Below, piece after piece: positions 1 to 15,300 of a stretch of DNA of 64,000 nucleotides. The DNA is from Lingula anatina (lineage: Eukaryota > Animalia > Brachiopoda). Under the pieces are notes generated by a model. That model had not been told where the DNA came from. It saw nothing but the letters and a program-made list of their open reading frames with translations, and searched no databases. Both the position numbers and the translations under genes were made by a program. Positions within the stretch are counted from its first letter, which is position 1. Every line of letters starts with the position of its first letter. The DNA lies in contig CM120640.1 in the NCBI GenBank assembly GCA_051362555.1, positions 8,990,001 through 9,054,000 of the forward strand. The letters run 5' to 3'.

Positions 1-3000
1 TGATATTTATGAGTAGTTGGAATGCTTGCAGTTGAATGCCACAATTATTTCATTTTCCATCATGTAGGTAGCTGTGGGATCACTCCCTGTGGTATATCAC
101 CCTCTTTCCTACCTTTCAGGAAAGCTTTCTCTGTAGCGTACCTCTTCCTAGTGACATGGGTGGTAACCTCTTGGATGTTTACATTTATAAATCCTGGTTT
201 AAAACTGAAGTGTATGGCATAAATTCTCCAAGTGCTAACGTGTAAGGTGACCATAAAGGTGTGAAGATTTATTATTTCCTTATGATTGCTGCTAAACTAT
301 TTATATGATGTGTTTTAGGTTCAAATTTTTCTCTTTGGACCACACATCATCAGACACATCAGCTTGCAAGAAAAAATTTAATTAATGAACAAGGAACAAT
401 AAAAAAAGACTTCAGACTTTTTTTTCAAAAACCTTAATAACAGTGAATATTTCAGTGGTATAATGCATGAAATCATTATTTTTTAAACTTCCATCCTAGG
501 AAAGTTGGAATACAGACACATATCTCAACTGCTTATTAATATATACCCCAGAGAACCAGATCTATTGCACAAACTTATGTCCTGGAGCTAAAGTAATTAT
601 TGATGATGGATTAATAAATGTCTAGCTCCGTGGTGAAATGTTGGTTATACTGTAACAGCAGTTGTGAAATCCATCATGTTTCAGAAAGCCAACATGTGGC
701 ACTTGTGGTGCGAGAAAATTCACTCCAAAATTGTGACTGGTTGAGACAGCATTGTGTTGACTTGTCTTCTCAAACACAATCTAATTCACGCTTCAGATCA
801 GTCTGTACTTTAATGGTCATTATATCCACAAGTGCCAAATCACCAGTGGTCAGACAGTCCTTGGCTCCTTTTGAATCTCTTGGGAAACATCAGGGAAAAT
901 TGTAGGTGCTGGTTGCCATAGAAACTTCTCTGGAGATGTTTTACTGTCGATTCGCAACTAGTTTGTTTTACATGTTCAAGTGATCTACCTTAGGGATGGC
1001 TTAAAGATAAAGGAATTTATTTGATAGAAAATAGTTCATAAACCTGAAAGATTTGAAATAATATAAATGTTTTTGTGTGATTACTCACATGCAATAATTA
1101 TAGTCCCTTGAATATCATTACTGGGAAAATGTCTAGGTCGTCCATGTGCAATGAATCATCGCAGAAATGCGACAAGATCACTATCTGGGATCTAGGCTCT
1201 TATGTAATTTTCAGAGAAAATGACCTGTAGAGTAGTCACTTGGTGATGCTAGATATATGCTCTGTAAAATACAATGCCGTTTGATTCCTAGCAATTGATC
1301 TTGCAACGTAACGAGTCTGGCCAACAGTCATAATAGGCAGAGCTCATTGATAAATTCACCATTAACATATTGATTTTTGTAGGCTTCCTTGTGTGGAACA
1401 GAACACTTAATGACATTATGCAGGTTTGAGACATCTGTGGGTGATTGCGTTGTTGGGGGCTTGAAAATACAGAATAATTCTTACGCTGTATATTTATTTT
1501 ATCAATAATAACCAACCTCTTGACTGAAAGACTGACCCATATTTCTTGACTCCCATCTGTCAATTTGTCTCCTGGTTCTCAACAGGAATTCAATACAAGG
1601 TAGTCTGCGAGGATGATATTGTACAAAATCCATACATTTCTGAGGGACGGCATATTATTCAAACTCCTCATCCATCACCAGATGGCTTTCAAGCAGATTA
1701 TATGTGAACAGTTGCATGAGAGTTTAGAGTGTATTGTAGCACTTCTGAGACTGGCTGGCTCAATGGCTGTGGTGGAAGCAGCAGTCTGACCCAGTGTAGA
1801 CTATAATCTATTTGGTGTCTAGGGTCATTTGCTAGCTGTAACATACAGATGGTGTTCTAGCCTATGGGACAGGATGGTATAGACTGGGAGCAGCGCATTT
1901 AGTGATCTCCTACTGATAATTACAAGAATTTTAGCAGTCTTGGAGAACTCCTTTCAGAAAGAAATTCTAGGAAAAACGAGGATTGAGGCATAATGTCAGG
2001 GTCCAGTAGTTCTTGGTGTAGCAGTTGGACTGCCTATCTGTGCAAGAGACAAAATACAGGTGATATAAGTATTTAAGTATGCTAGTGATAGGAAAATATG
2101 TTATTTGTATGTAATTATATAGAGGTGGGGTTGGGATGTGATTTCTGCCTGCTGAAGGCTTTCACATGTTTTAATGTGTAAATAGAAGGTGTGGAGATAA
2201 ATCAATAAATATTTCAGGTGAATATTTTGTAAAGGTATACATATCAAAATATTTTTAAAAACAGATGGTGTATACAATCATACATTTTCTGCATTTTCAG
2301 TTCAAATGATATAAATGAGCTCTCGGCAATGAAATGTATTTTAGCCATATAATGTCAATGTATGAGGTTTAGGTGTGACAATCAATCAATAATTGCACTG
2401 AAAGCCTGTATAACTAAAACCTGTAGGCAAACTAATTATAACAGTCCTTTCCATCATAAAACTAGATTGGCATGTCTGCATCCTTTTAGGAATGATTAAG
2501 GTTTGGCTAATATTTTCAGTAAAAAAATCACCAGAGAATTTACTTTCTTTAGGAGATGTCAAAGCCAGATTAGAAGACGGTCGATATGTAACTTTCGTAA
2601 TGTATAGTCCTCGTTTTTAGTCCTGACCTGGATATAAATTATATCTCATTATCTTCAACAAATGAATCTTAGTCATGCAGCCATGCTTAACTGGGTCAAA
2701 AATAAACCAAAACTCGTCCCAGGTTGGATGATAATTTGTCATGTTATGTTCTATTAATATAATATAATATCAAGTTGGGTGGAGAACATCATTCTGACAG
2801 AAATACCCATTGCCTGGATTCCATCATAATACAGATCACGAAAATAGTCGGCATTTCACTGATCTCGATGGGTACAACCAAGGATCACCTGTTAAGGATA
2901 AGAAATTTGAGATTAATTGTCAAAAAATGCCATTAGAATGCTTGCATAAATAGTGGCTGAATCCTCTGTAGTGTAACATGAGATATCTTCCTTATGTTTT

Positions 3001-4263
3001 GGCTCCGGTGAGGGGGACATCAAGGTGAGCGAGGGGATGGTTAGATTGGCATTTAACCACGGCCAGGTATTTTAAACATCACCTAATGAGAAGAGATCAT
3101 AAGGAGTATGTATTGATGACTTGTGAAATACATGCATCATGTAGGTAGTACAAGGTTTAGGAGAGGGCAGAAAGGCAGAATATTGATGATCCTTGAGAGT
3201 AGTAGCGCCACTTAACTGAAAAGGGGAACCCCTTAAGTAGTTAATGCTGTTTGTTGGTAACTTAGACACATTTAATAGTCTAATGATTTAGAACATGGCC
3301 TCATTGGCGGGTCACAGGCAGAGCATATAAGAATTCCTAGCATGACTGATCAGTTGTCCTTTATATTGTAATAAAACCACGTAGATGAAAATGGTATAAG
3401 GATATATATGTTGACGACATGCTTACATTTTTGTCTAGCCTATATCACCAGTAGGCTTCTTTGTCTAATGAGGATGTATATATGTTGGAAGGATCCAAGT
3501 GGAGCCAAATTGGTAGAGTTAAAAGATATTTAAATATTGCTGAAAGGATAACTAGATGGCAAATGCTTTAAAGATCAATGACTTGCATATGATGCTGGAA
3601 ATAACTGTTGGCACAAGTAGCAAAATAAACCTTGTGCCACTAATTTATCTTACACATGGGACCATGATATATTGATGCCTCTTTTTCAACTATTTTGATC
3701 CTGCATAAGTATTCTTAAGAGCAGGGTCTGGAGCTTACAGGAAGACTGCTTTTTCAGCAGAGTTGTTTCACAACATCGTGAATCAGATAACCAAATACCA
3801 CTGCCACATTCCTCCCAGGAAGAAACTACCATCTGGCCATGATTTGTTGGTTTGTGTGCGGAACAGATCGGAACCGATTTAGTGCCAACATTTATTTTGT
3901 TCCCCTGAATTTTTTTTTTACGGTTTGTGGTTTTATTTAGTTCCCATCCATATATTCCATAAGGCAAAGCAAGCCAGCGTTTTGTGAACTCAGAACAAGG
4001 TCAAATCTGTAAATTGGATTATTATAGAGAAAGCGTGGGGCAACACAGCAGTTAGTACCAGCAGTCTAGTCAACTGTCTATATATACACAAACGCACACA
4101 CACACTTCATGGGCTGGTGCTTTGGATGATAACTTGCCAATTTCTTGCGCAGGTATGCATATTGATAATATATACCTGGTTTTGTATTTAGTATGTGTGC
4201 ATGTAGGTGGCATAGGAGTGATGCAACTCTAATCTAAACCTGTGTTCTCTGGTTCTATTCCAG

Positions 4264-6273
4264 CCACTGACACCATGCAGCCAGTAGCAAACGGCCCTTC
4301 TAATCCAGATGTGAAAGTCAATGGAGATCCTTCCAGCTCAGTTAGTAAGTATTTAAACCAATTTGTGCCTGGTCAGGGAAGGCACCAGATTTCTTCTTAG
4401 TGAAGGGTATGAAACCCATTTAAAGTTTATTTGTGAGATTTCTTTGAGCAGTTTGATGAGTGCAAACTTACAGAACGATTATGATTACCTGCACACCATA
4501 TTATATTGCTAATATTGCTTGCTACTGCTTAGCTGGTGCATTTAATTTATTGTCATGAGGGAATATTGGAAAAGGTATTATTATCATTAGTAGTATGGGG
4601 GTGAAGTGTATTCTAGGTTTGAAAAAATATCGTGTAATTAGTAGGAGAGAAAAGAATGTATATATGGCATAATTGGCTTATATGATACTACAAGAGCTAC
4701 TTTTGTGGTTTAATTGTAAGGAACAGGCTGTCTGCTGCAATATGGCACAACTATACATGTAAACAGATTTGAACCCACATTTATATAATATATTTTGTTA
4801 TTAATACAATCATTTGTCACAAAGATTGGAAAATGAACACCATTTGGCACACATTGATGCTCATGGATTGGGAGTTGGGTAACCTCCTTAAAATTCACCT
4901 TTGCGGCAGATGATCGAAGATATTCAGTGCCAAGAACACTTCACAAATTTATTTCTGTTTTGTTAGTGCTCCATTTTCTAGGTATTCTGCCAATGTCAAT
5001 AAGGAGAGAGTAGCCTGAAGTTAAAAAGACCTATTGCTATAATGCCTTTATGTTAAACCATAGACTGGGGAAATCTTAACAGTGCTATATGCATTGCCTA
5101 CAGACAACATTTCACTGGAGGAAGACGCTGGCCAATCTTGTTATTTACATACTGCCATATTGGTTCTGTCAGCGATAAATATTGAATAGTAAAATGTGGT
5201 GTCACACTGTACCCTGGTAACATCCTTTTTAATATGTATATAACATTTTGTTGAAAGATAACTATTGGAACAAAAAAATTGCTGGTGGTGAACCACATTC
5301 CACCAAAAATCTTTGCATGACTATTCATCATCTCGTTTCTTTTTTCTTTTTTTTTTGCCCTCAATGTCATTTCCTCATGTTGTTATCTTTAAAAAAATTA
5401 TTATAAGACTTAACGTCTTATCACAGAGTAATATGCAAATCACTTGATTTGACTTATGTTGAGCACAGTAAAACAAGTCCAAATGAACATGAATATCATG
5501 TAAAGTAAACATCACCCTTATGTCTATTAAATGTGTACTGGAGTTCATATTTGTCCACTACAGCCTTCATGCTTTTTCTCACATAACATTGATGGTATTT
5601 TCCTTTAATTGTGAAAATAAGCATCTTGTTACGTCAGGTCAAAGAGGATATTGTGGTCGTGTCAGTCACTTAATGCAGCAGTCTCTGGGTATTTTCTATC
5701 ATTTTAATTTCCTATTCGACAAATGTGTGTTGATTAGCCACATAATGGCTGTAAAAAAGGTATTTTGAAGTATCATTATGCAGGGCAGATGATTCTATGG
5801 TCTGTTAAGGGTTTAGTGTGTGGTTGTGTTTATATTACAGTGTTGGTAAAGGAGGCCATATTATTGTGACAGGTGTTAACTTTACCCACTCTGACAGAGT
5901 GTGAGAGAGCTTTACAATGTTCACAACATGTTCATGTTTTAACAAAGTTTTAAAAAACAGCTCTCTGAGTCTCTGTTCTACTTGGTCAAAGTTACTGTCA
6001 AATTATTTTTACCTTTATCTGCTCAGGGATGAAAAAATTGAAGTCTAAACACATTTTAATAGGTATCCGCCTCATTTTAGTATGGGATCAGTAGGTTTAT
6101 TTATTTGGCCTTGGCCTTTATAGAAATCATGAAGGATGAAAGTTCTACTGATATTGTATTTCACTGCATTTGTGTTGTGGGATATATCCGGGGTGCAAAG
6201 TTAGTTTTCCTCTCTTAAAAAATGAAGAAGAGAGAGAGAGAGAAATTCCAAACTTCATTTTGTATTTTTTCTT

Positions 6274-6316
<43 letters not shown>

Positions 6317-9300
6317 TTTGGTTTTGCAGTCATGTCTAATGAGCAAGGAATTTTGTTTTTTTTTTTTTTGTTTTTTTTATTTTCACAATCCTAGTTTCCA
6401 TCCTTCAGTGAATTCTTTCTTCAGTCAATGTGTGTAGATTACGTAGATGAAGTCTCAAACACATTTTAGTTTCATCTGCCTCTGTTTGATCAATGTGGCC
6501 ATTGAGATTACATTATCATTATCAAAATATTGATATGAATCTTCCACTCTGATGGCGGGATCTGACTGCCTGGCAGTGACTGACATCTCCCAGCTCTCTA
6601 TAAAGTTATGATATCCATTGGAGCCAAATCCTTCAAAACATTCCAGTGCTCAGGTTCATTATAATGGTAGTTTGAGGGTGTGACTGGATTCATTTTAATT
6701 GACCCGTCCCTCCCTTTGTGTCTGAAAAGTTCACAAGTGTTTACCAGGTTGCCAAGAAATGTGTCGAAATCCTAATGTACAAGAACACTTTGACCAAAGT
6801 TCACTTTCTGTTGAATGGAGGGAAATGTATGGAGTGCCAAAGTGAATTGACGTTAGAGGCTGTATGGTGGAGGTGTGGTGAAATGCAATTGCTATGCTAG
6901 CCATTCAGAAACAGATGTTGCTACAGAAACTTGCCACCAGGTCAAATATTAGTAAGGAAAAAAGAAATGAGATCGCGGACATCAGGGTGGAGGCAAAGGA
7001 GGTAAAGGAGGCGCCCCGCAGATCAGACATAGTGTTGGAGTGGTTACATGTGAGTAGATACAGATGTTGATGCCATGGTCCATTTGAAAACCTCTGGCCT
7101 AGTTTTAGTTATTTATTACTGTGGACCCGGTTCAGGGTACTATGACAGCGATCAGGGGCAGCTAGCCAAACAACTTACTGTCTTCTCGTCATGGTTATAA
7201 TAACTAGCATCATCGTTGAGTCATTTTTGGTCAGGCATTTTTAAACATTCAAGATTTTAGATTGGCCTATTTAAAATTGGAGTGAGTCAGTTAGTTTTGA
7301 ACTGCATTACGTTATGCTATATTGTACATTAAGATGTGTGATTTACATTTGTATGATATAGCACACGGAAATGTGTTGTTTGCAAGACACTTTGAATTCA
7401 TAAAAGGAGCAGTGGATCTCAGGTAGGTGCGTAATCAGTATCTTTCTTTGATCAGGGTCAGCATTATTTTTAACCCAAAGAAACCACTTTGTTTTCTGGT
7501 TCCCTTTGAAGTGGTCCTAACACCACACATGCAGCTGTAGTAGCCAGCAAATAGAAGTAAGCAGATACGTATTTACACATGCTGATGTTATTTGTGCTTT
7601 AAGGGTCAGTATGGTATGGTTGAAACAACACTGATATAGTGGTCAGCATATGCTTTTGTTCGTTGTATATTTAGTAGTGTTTTGTAGGAATGGACACTTT
7701 GATAAAATGGGTGCTGTCTGTGGTTTTAAGTTTTGGCATTAAGGTGATATAATAGTACAAGGAGACAGAAAGAAATAAGACATAGACAACTGTTATGATT
7801 ATTTTCATTCTGAATGTCAGAAGCTCATTCTATCATTAATATTTTCAAAAAAGAATATTTCAGCAGCATTATGACAAGCAACTTTGCATTGATTAGGTTA
7901 ATAAAAATGCCATCACCAAGACTTGAATATAAAAACTGACATAGAAATTCAAAATATTGCCTTTCACACCCACCAGGCCTCATTAAGGGGGATATACATT
8001 AGATTACAGACACGAAGGTATGCTGTATTTTTGTTGAAGCACTCCAGAGAAATGTAGACATGAGATCTGAAGCTTGATAATGAAGGTGGTAACTTCAAGA
8101 TATACTGGATATGTTCTATAGATTTTGCCTGCCAGGAGGTAAACACCACACTTACTGCATGCAAAAAAGAGCAACTGTTTTAGCAGGGAAACTCCTTAGG
8201 GGTTGGTACTGTACAGTGATCACGATGTGTTCATTTGATAAGACTATCAGCATGGTTTTACCTTGATTTATAAGCCACCTTTGCCTTAGGTATGTAGATT
8301 TTATGCCCTCTTCTTGCTGACTCAGTTCTTCAGAAACTGGAACGCCAAATAAGTCTCTGAACTCCTAGAGGCGCAAGTGGTAGTCATTCTTAGTATATGT
8401 CTAGCATAACAGTAGAAATGTAGCCTTAACTTCTCTGACCACTGACAAGTTTTTTTCTAGCTACGCCAATGAGTTTGGATATATTAGCTTTTTGGTTAGT
8501 TAAAAAGGATTAAATAAGAACTCATCTAGCCAGTATGAAGCTGACTGATGGTAAGTTGTGAAATGCATAACTTTTTTTATGTATTGTTTGTGATAAGTAA
8601 AGTCATGTAGCAGTATTTTATCTAGTGGCACACAACATGGATTGTTGTGTTAACCAGCACATATGTTATCACCGAATACAAACAGATGTTAGTAGATCTA
8701 TAAAAACAATATTGAATATGCCTCTCTTTTCACCCATGACCATGCCAGAAGAAAAAAAAAAACAGCAGTTAATTGATTGTTAACCTAGTTGTTTTCAGAA
8801 CAATAGTTTTCACACCTGGATGGAGTAGGTTATTATGACATGCATGTAGGTGTATTCACCCACCACAGAGCGATGTCTGTATTACGCAAGCCAGTCTGGC
8901 ATTGATTGATGCTCAGATGTCACTATGTACCTTGAAAAAGAGGGAGAACAATTACTGGGAAAGTACCTCATACACAGTTAATTGTGGTTAGAATAATGGT
9001 TCAGTATCCAGTGGTGTACATGTGCTTTTGCCTGCAAGGGTCTTTGGGATTGATTCCTTTTCCAGAGAATTGCCAGTATTTTACGTAGTTGGCAATGTTT
9101 AGTTTATTTACTGATTTTTAGAAGGGTAGCATATTAAAATATATCTACACTTAGGTTTTATGAAATGCTAATATTTAAAAACACTACAATTGTTACATCT
9201 ATTGTCAGAAAATTGAAACTAGCAGTGTAAATGTGGTAATAACACAAAACATTTGCAATCAATTAAGAGACAATCAAGAGACAGTTGCTGCCCAGCAATT

Positions 9301-12300
9301 TGTTGATGAATTATCTATGAATCTCCACAATGGCACTTTCTAATTCTAGGTTCTCCCATGAGTATGGATGGCCAGTTATCACCAAGTGACCAGGTGGTGA
9401 GTAAAAGTTTATGGGAACTAATAACAGAAGCACAAAAGTGGAATGTATTGTATATAGATGAGTCATGGCCACTATCTTCTTTATCTTCATAACTATGGCA
9501 TCATCCCTTTGTCTTCATCAGCGCCATCAACTTTGTGCATGTGGTTCCTTATAGTGGAGTATACTATATGGGGTAGCGCTAGCAATTTTTGTCGCTTAGC
9601 CAAATCGCCACTTTTTTGTCAATTTTTTATCAAAATGGTTATAATTTGACTAAAACAAGCCAAATCAAGTCCTTTTACTTTAGCCAATTTAAGTAAGTTT
9701 TAGCATTTGGCTAAATTGGCGGGTGTAACTTAGCGCTACCCCAGAGTATGTACTGGTACTGTACTAGTAACCTCTTTCATCCCTCTCCTCTTTATTTCGT
9801 ATCCCACCCTAGTTTCTGCCACTGCTTTATGTCTCTTCTAGATCTGTGCTTTTTTTACTCCTTTGATACTGATTTAATTCGTTCTATAACCCAATTATCT
9901 CAATTTAAGCAGACTGCAGTATGTGAGGAATATAAGAATTACAGATTATTTCTTAAAACATACTATTATATGTAGACAAATAGGTAACAGAAGACGAATA
10001 GGTGCTTAAGAGGATAAATGTGGCAAAATACTGGCTCCCCTCCAAAACAATTTTCTAACCAGTTCCACAGAAGTCACAACTCCCCCCTCACTGTTTACAC
10101 AGACATTGTGTTTGTTTTGGAAAAGAGTGTTGCTCGTTATTACTTAGTAGTTTTTTTCCTAGATGTTTATTGCATCACAGTTCTGTGGTATTTAGTTAGT
10201 ACATAGAGTTCATTGACGGCTTTCTCTACATGGAGATTTTGTGACAGATTTCTCTGATACCCTGTTCACACTACGCTCAGTTATCCGGATAAGTTGCAAA
10301 TTAGGTCACAATTCGAATAAATGCAGTAGTGTGAACACAAGAGGATTTTGAAAATGCGCATTTTCAAAATCCTGCAAGTGAGGTGGATTTCTAAGCGCGA
10401 TCCGGATAACTTACCGGAATCGACACCTGTACAGATCTTACTGCGCATGTGTGCAGATAAGTGCGGGTATCTATGAACGCTGGTTTATTACTTTAGCGAT
10501 TGCACCAAACGTATTTGGAGGTCACCACTCACTACAACATGAGGAAACAAACTTATTTTGCCACCTTATACTTCTCAAGAATGCTGGAATGTCTTTTGAG
10601 TTGCATTTGTCGTCACAAATTTTTGTTGATATTTTAAGATTTCCTGTGCGGCGCATGCGCGAGTGTTCAAAACAGGAAGTTAAACCTGAAATTTTCAACG
10701 TGGGATTCGGATTCGCTTAGCGAGTGTGAACGCAATACCAAATCGGATTCCTTACGAAAAATCCAAATTATAGAAATGCGCATTTTGGCAACTGTAGTGT
10801 GAACGGGGTATGAATGTCTTGTGTGTGTTTGTGTGTGTGTGTGTGTGTATAGAGAGAGAGATGGGAGGCTACACTGAGTCTGTGTCTAATATATGTAATA
10901 ATCAATATTTGAGCACAGAGTCTATCTACACATTCCCCCCCCAATAATATCTCAGCTTTGCCATATAACTATCGTCCTTTATGATGTTGAAAGATGGGAG
11001 TCAATTAACACCTGATTACACCTCTAGGTTGGAAACAGTTATTATCAGCTAACTGCTGACTCTCATTTTCTGGAGGATGAATTCTGGAATTGGAAGAAAT
11101 AATCATTTTGTCTAAGTGAGATCTCATTGATGTTCAGTAGGACCTGACCAAATTGCCCAAGATTTAAGTGGCTGTCTCATGGGAAGTGCACCCCCCCTGC
11201 ACCCCCCTGCACCCCTCCCACAGCCCTCCCCCTTTCAAACTCTCCATCCCCTCATCTACCCAGCAGGGGATACATTGCCTTATCCCAGTTTACTAAGTGA
11301 CTGATCATGGATAGTGATACTTTTATAGATCATAATGTGTTTAATGATGATCAAAATGAGTTGATTGGCTTCAGGCTAATCTAATAAAGAAAATTGTATG
11401 GAAATTACAAACCTTAATGACTGAATTGAAACTGTATATAATTGTGATCTTTTAGAACTAAGTATCCTATGGTATCAACTTGATATGGTTGATATTGGTT
11501 TAGGCTACAATGAGATTTGCCTTATATTGTCATATAATGCTAATGGATATATTTTTAAAAACACCTTATTGGATGGAATTTTATATGAATGGCATGTGCC
11601 AGTAAGAGATGGCAACCTTAATTGTAGAAATATTAAGTGTTATTTTTTTCATTGTTGTATAAGAAGAAAGTAACAAATCAGAAATTTTTGGCCAAAGAAA
11701 AAAAAAATGAAAGCATTTCGCATCCTATGTATATCTTCTGCAAGGAAATATTCTATGAATTTACAGTATGATTTCGACATCTTCTATAAATGATATGAGT
11801 TACGATGCTGAATCGATGGGCACTTTGTTCTGTGCAAATATCTTTTAGACCCAAGGGTCATCTAGTATCACCAAACGATGGCATACAATATCCCATATGT
11901 CCTTCTTTTAAGTTACATGTACCTTTATAGATGAATATAAAAACATTTTAAGTGAAATATGAGGAACTCCCCCCACAACCTCCTCATGGGAAGGGATGTA
12001 ATGTGGGCACATATAGACACAGACACAAGTCTTCTTTATTAATCAATATCTGAATACTCTGGAACAGCCAATTTTGGATTGACAAACAAAACGTCCCGTG
12101 AATGCTATCATGTGAATAGAATGGTGTGCTGATATTCACTCCTTGCCCATGGAAAATATGTCATATTGGGAAATTATTTAAGAGGAAATATAGAAGAAGC
12201 CATTGATTTTCTCATTGGAATTGCAGTTCTTGCCCCGATAACAGCATCTAATCAGGACAAGTAGCGGTCTTGGTTCTGTTCTTGGTTTCTGATGAGTTTT

Positions 12301-15300
12301 TTAGACATATTATGACAGGAAATAGAAGGAAAATAATGGTAAGAATAGGCCCTTCCAAATTGTTATTCTGCTTCCTTAGAGATGTAATCACGGTTATCTA
12401 AATTGCCTTTTGAGATTTGTGTTATATGGAAACAGAATTAACAGATAATAGATAGCAAGTGCCTGATGGAGCTGGCTATGCTTGTCTAGAGTCTAATGTG
12501 CAGTTAGACTGAGCAGAGAGCTTAAGGATATATAGAAAACCCATTTATCTCTCTGAGGCTTGCCGTTTTCCAGTTGGTTTGGTTTCTACACAGTTTGGGC
12601 ATACATGATGCATTCAGAGACTACTGAAGTGGAGTTTTTTATTCCGTTTCTGCTGGAGCCATATGTTACAGTGTCCATTGTGCATCAGACTGACAAATGT
12701 GCCCATGAAATGTGAAGAAGAAATGAAAGTGGCAGAGGCATGTCTTTCATCCTTTCATGTGGAGTGTATGTCTATGGATTAGGCAACCAGTAGCATTAGA
12801 TCAAACATGCAATGGTATGATTAATGTATTTGTAATTTGATTTGCCACATTTTGCCAAGTATAAAGTGAATCAGATAGACTTCTGTGCATTGCATTCAGT
12901 TATCATCTCACTGATTTGATTTGATTTATTTTGTATCATTTAAACAGTTCTAGCTATAGCTGATGATATTTTTGTCATAGATATTACTTCAGTCACACTA
13001 TTGTCCAAGTATTCTGATCAATGAATTCACAGTCCCTATAGCAGTCGGTCCTTGCATCCCAGCTCTGTCTTGTTTCAAATAATTTTACATTGGGAAAATC
13101 ATCATCTTCCATCATCTCTTTTTTATGCTTAATAAGAGATATAATGGATACACCCTTTATTTTAGTGTTCCTTTTATTTGATGGCTGCATGTTGTAACCT
13201 TCATCCCCTAAGGACCCTTTTTCCACATCTTTTCCTGCATTATCTCAGTCCCAATTAGAAAACCATTCATTTGACCTGAAACTGAATGAATGCACTTAAA
13301 CCTAGGACATGCAAAGATGAACAAACTAGTACCATTATATGGTGAGACAAAATTAGATTTTTCTTTTGATGAAAGTGAGAGTGGAAAACACCAACCAAAT
13401 GTTAAATAATTAGCTATATGGGATAGGATTTTATTGATTATTGAATCCAGGTTGTTCCAAATTACACAAAAATATATCCATGTCTCCCAAGGGCAATGGC
13501 TCTACACCTCTCTCTAATAGCTTTCTTTTATCTCTGTGATGTTTGAAGCATATTTCTATTGATCAGTTGTCTCTGATGACCAGTGCAACTGATATCTGTG
13601 GAACTGGTCTATATTATCTATGTATATGGACAGGGTTTGCAGGAATTGCTTGATTTAAAGATGTGTCATCTGGAGTACTTCGGTATTTATAATCTATAAT
13701 CCTAGAACATTTGCCTGCATTGGTCTGAAAAACCAAGTTCCTTAAGCTCCACTCTTATCTTCCTTTCCGTGAGGATCTGAGGTTGGACCATCATTTTTCT
13801 CAAGGAAATTTCTATACGAAGATCATCCAGTATGGCTGCCATTGTCAGTTTTCCTGGTGTATGGCAGCCATCTTGGAAATGGATCTGGAATGATAGGCTG
13901 TGTGATAGAGGTGAAGTGGATGACTGCATTTTTATGTACAGACACAGATGTGTCTGTACATATTGCCATCACCTGCGTCTGTCGTCGCCGTCGCCGTCGC
14001 CGTCGCCGATCATGTCGCCGTGCACTTTCAGCGTTAACACCATAAGTGGAAGACAGTTTTATTTTTTGGCTTTATATTTACAGAGCTGACTAATATTCAT
14101 AAAACGCAGGTCAAGTTCGAAAATCGGCATGATCTGGCCATTATTGTAGAATTTATGCTGTTTTTTTTTCTTTTTAGCATATATGCAACACTGTTAACAC
14201 ATTTCAAGGAAAACCGATAGGCCTGTTGTCATGAAACTCACAGGAGTAATCAATCTTACTAAAACGCAGATCAAGTTCGAAAATCGGCATGATCGGGCCA
14301 CTATTTTAGTAGTTATGCTGTTTTTTCACTTTTCAGCATATATGCAACACTGTTAACACATTTCAAGGAAAACCGATAGACCTGTTGTCATGAAACTCAC
14401 AGGAGTAATCAATCTTACTAAAACGCAGGTCAAGTTCGAAAATCAGCATAATCGGGCCATTATTTTATAAGTTATGCCGTTTTTTCACATTTCCTCAGAT
14501 TTAATTCTTAGGCATGTTAACAGTCTCATTATTTAGTTAAGAAGATACGTAAAAGTGTTTGTTTGACATTTCCTGCATCTTTACAACATTGTTAGTTGAT
14601 TTTGTAAAAATGATGGTATACTTGTTATTGTGTATTGTGTAATAAAGTTTCAAAAATGGAAATAAACTCATATCATTGAGGTTTGTCAGATTCAATCATT
14701 CACTATGTTCAGAATCTCAGAATGGAAGAAATTGGACATTTAACACTGTTTTATTGATATTTTTCCCATCTCATCAATTTTTTTAGTTGATCATATAAAT
14801 ATGGCAGTAAACTCTTAATTTTGTTTTATGTTAAAAAATTGTTAAAAATGGGAAAAAAACATTTCAGAACAGTGCCGTCTTGTTTACATTTTGGCATTTT
14901 TATGTACAGACACAGATGTGTCTGTACATATTGCCATCACCTGCGTCTGTCGTCGCCGTCGCCGTTCATGTCGCCGTTCATGTCGCCGTCGCCGTCGCCG
15001 TCGCCGTGCACTTTCAGCGTTAACACCATAAGTGGAAGACAGTTTTACTTTTTGGCTTTATATTTACAGAGCTGATGAATATTCATAAAACGCAGGTCAA
15101 GTTCGAAAATCAGCATGATCGGGCCATTATTGTAGAATTTATGCTGTTTTTTCACTTTTCAGCATATATGCAACACTGTTAACACATTTCAAAGAAAACC
15201 GATAGGCCTGTTGTCATGAAACTCACAGGAGTAATCAATCTTACTAAAACGCAGGTCAAGTTCGAAAATCGGCATGATCGGGCCACCATTTTAGTAGTTA

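Noticed and set aside
22-3967. Short ORFs in the first 4 kb as LIM-domain exons
   Set aside because: No CxxC..HxxC LIM pattern or convincing splice-bounded frames were found.
6894-7049. ATG-to-GTGAGT segment (MLAIQKQMLLQKLATRSN..EWLH) as an alternative abLIM first exon
   Set aside because: Its phase-0 donor does not fit the next exon (9350, phase 1) and there is no recognisable homology. Not excluded, but unsupported.
11188-11232. C-rich tract (possible G-quadruplex on the minus strand)
   Set aside because: A short low-complexity intronic run with no supporting context.
13832-15075. ORFs with SPSPSP or poly-Arg runs
   Set aside because: They are translations of the (GTCGCC)n microsatellite in HINE-B.
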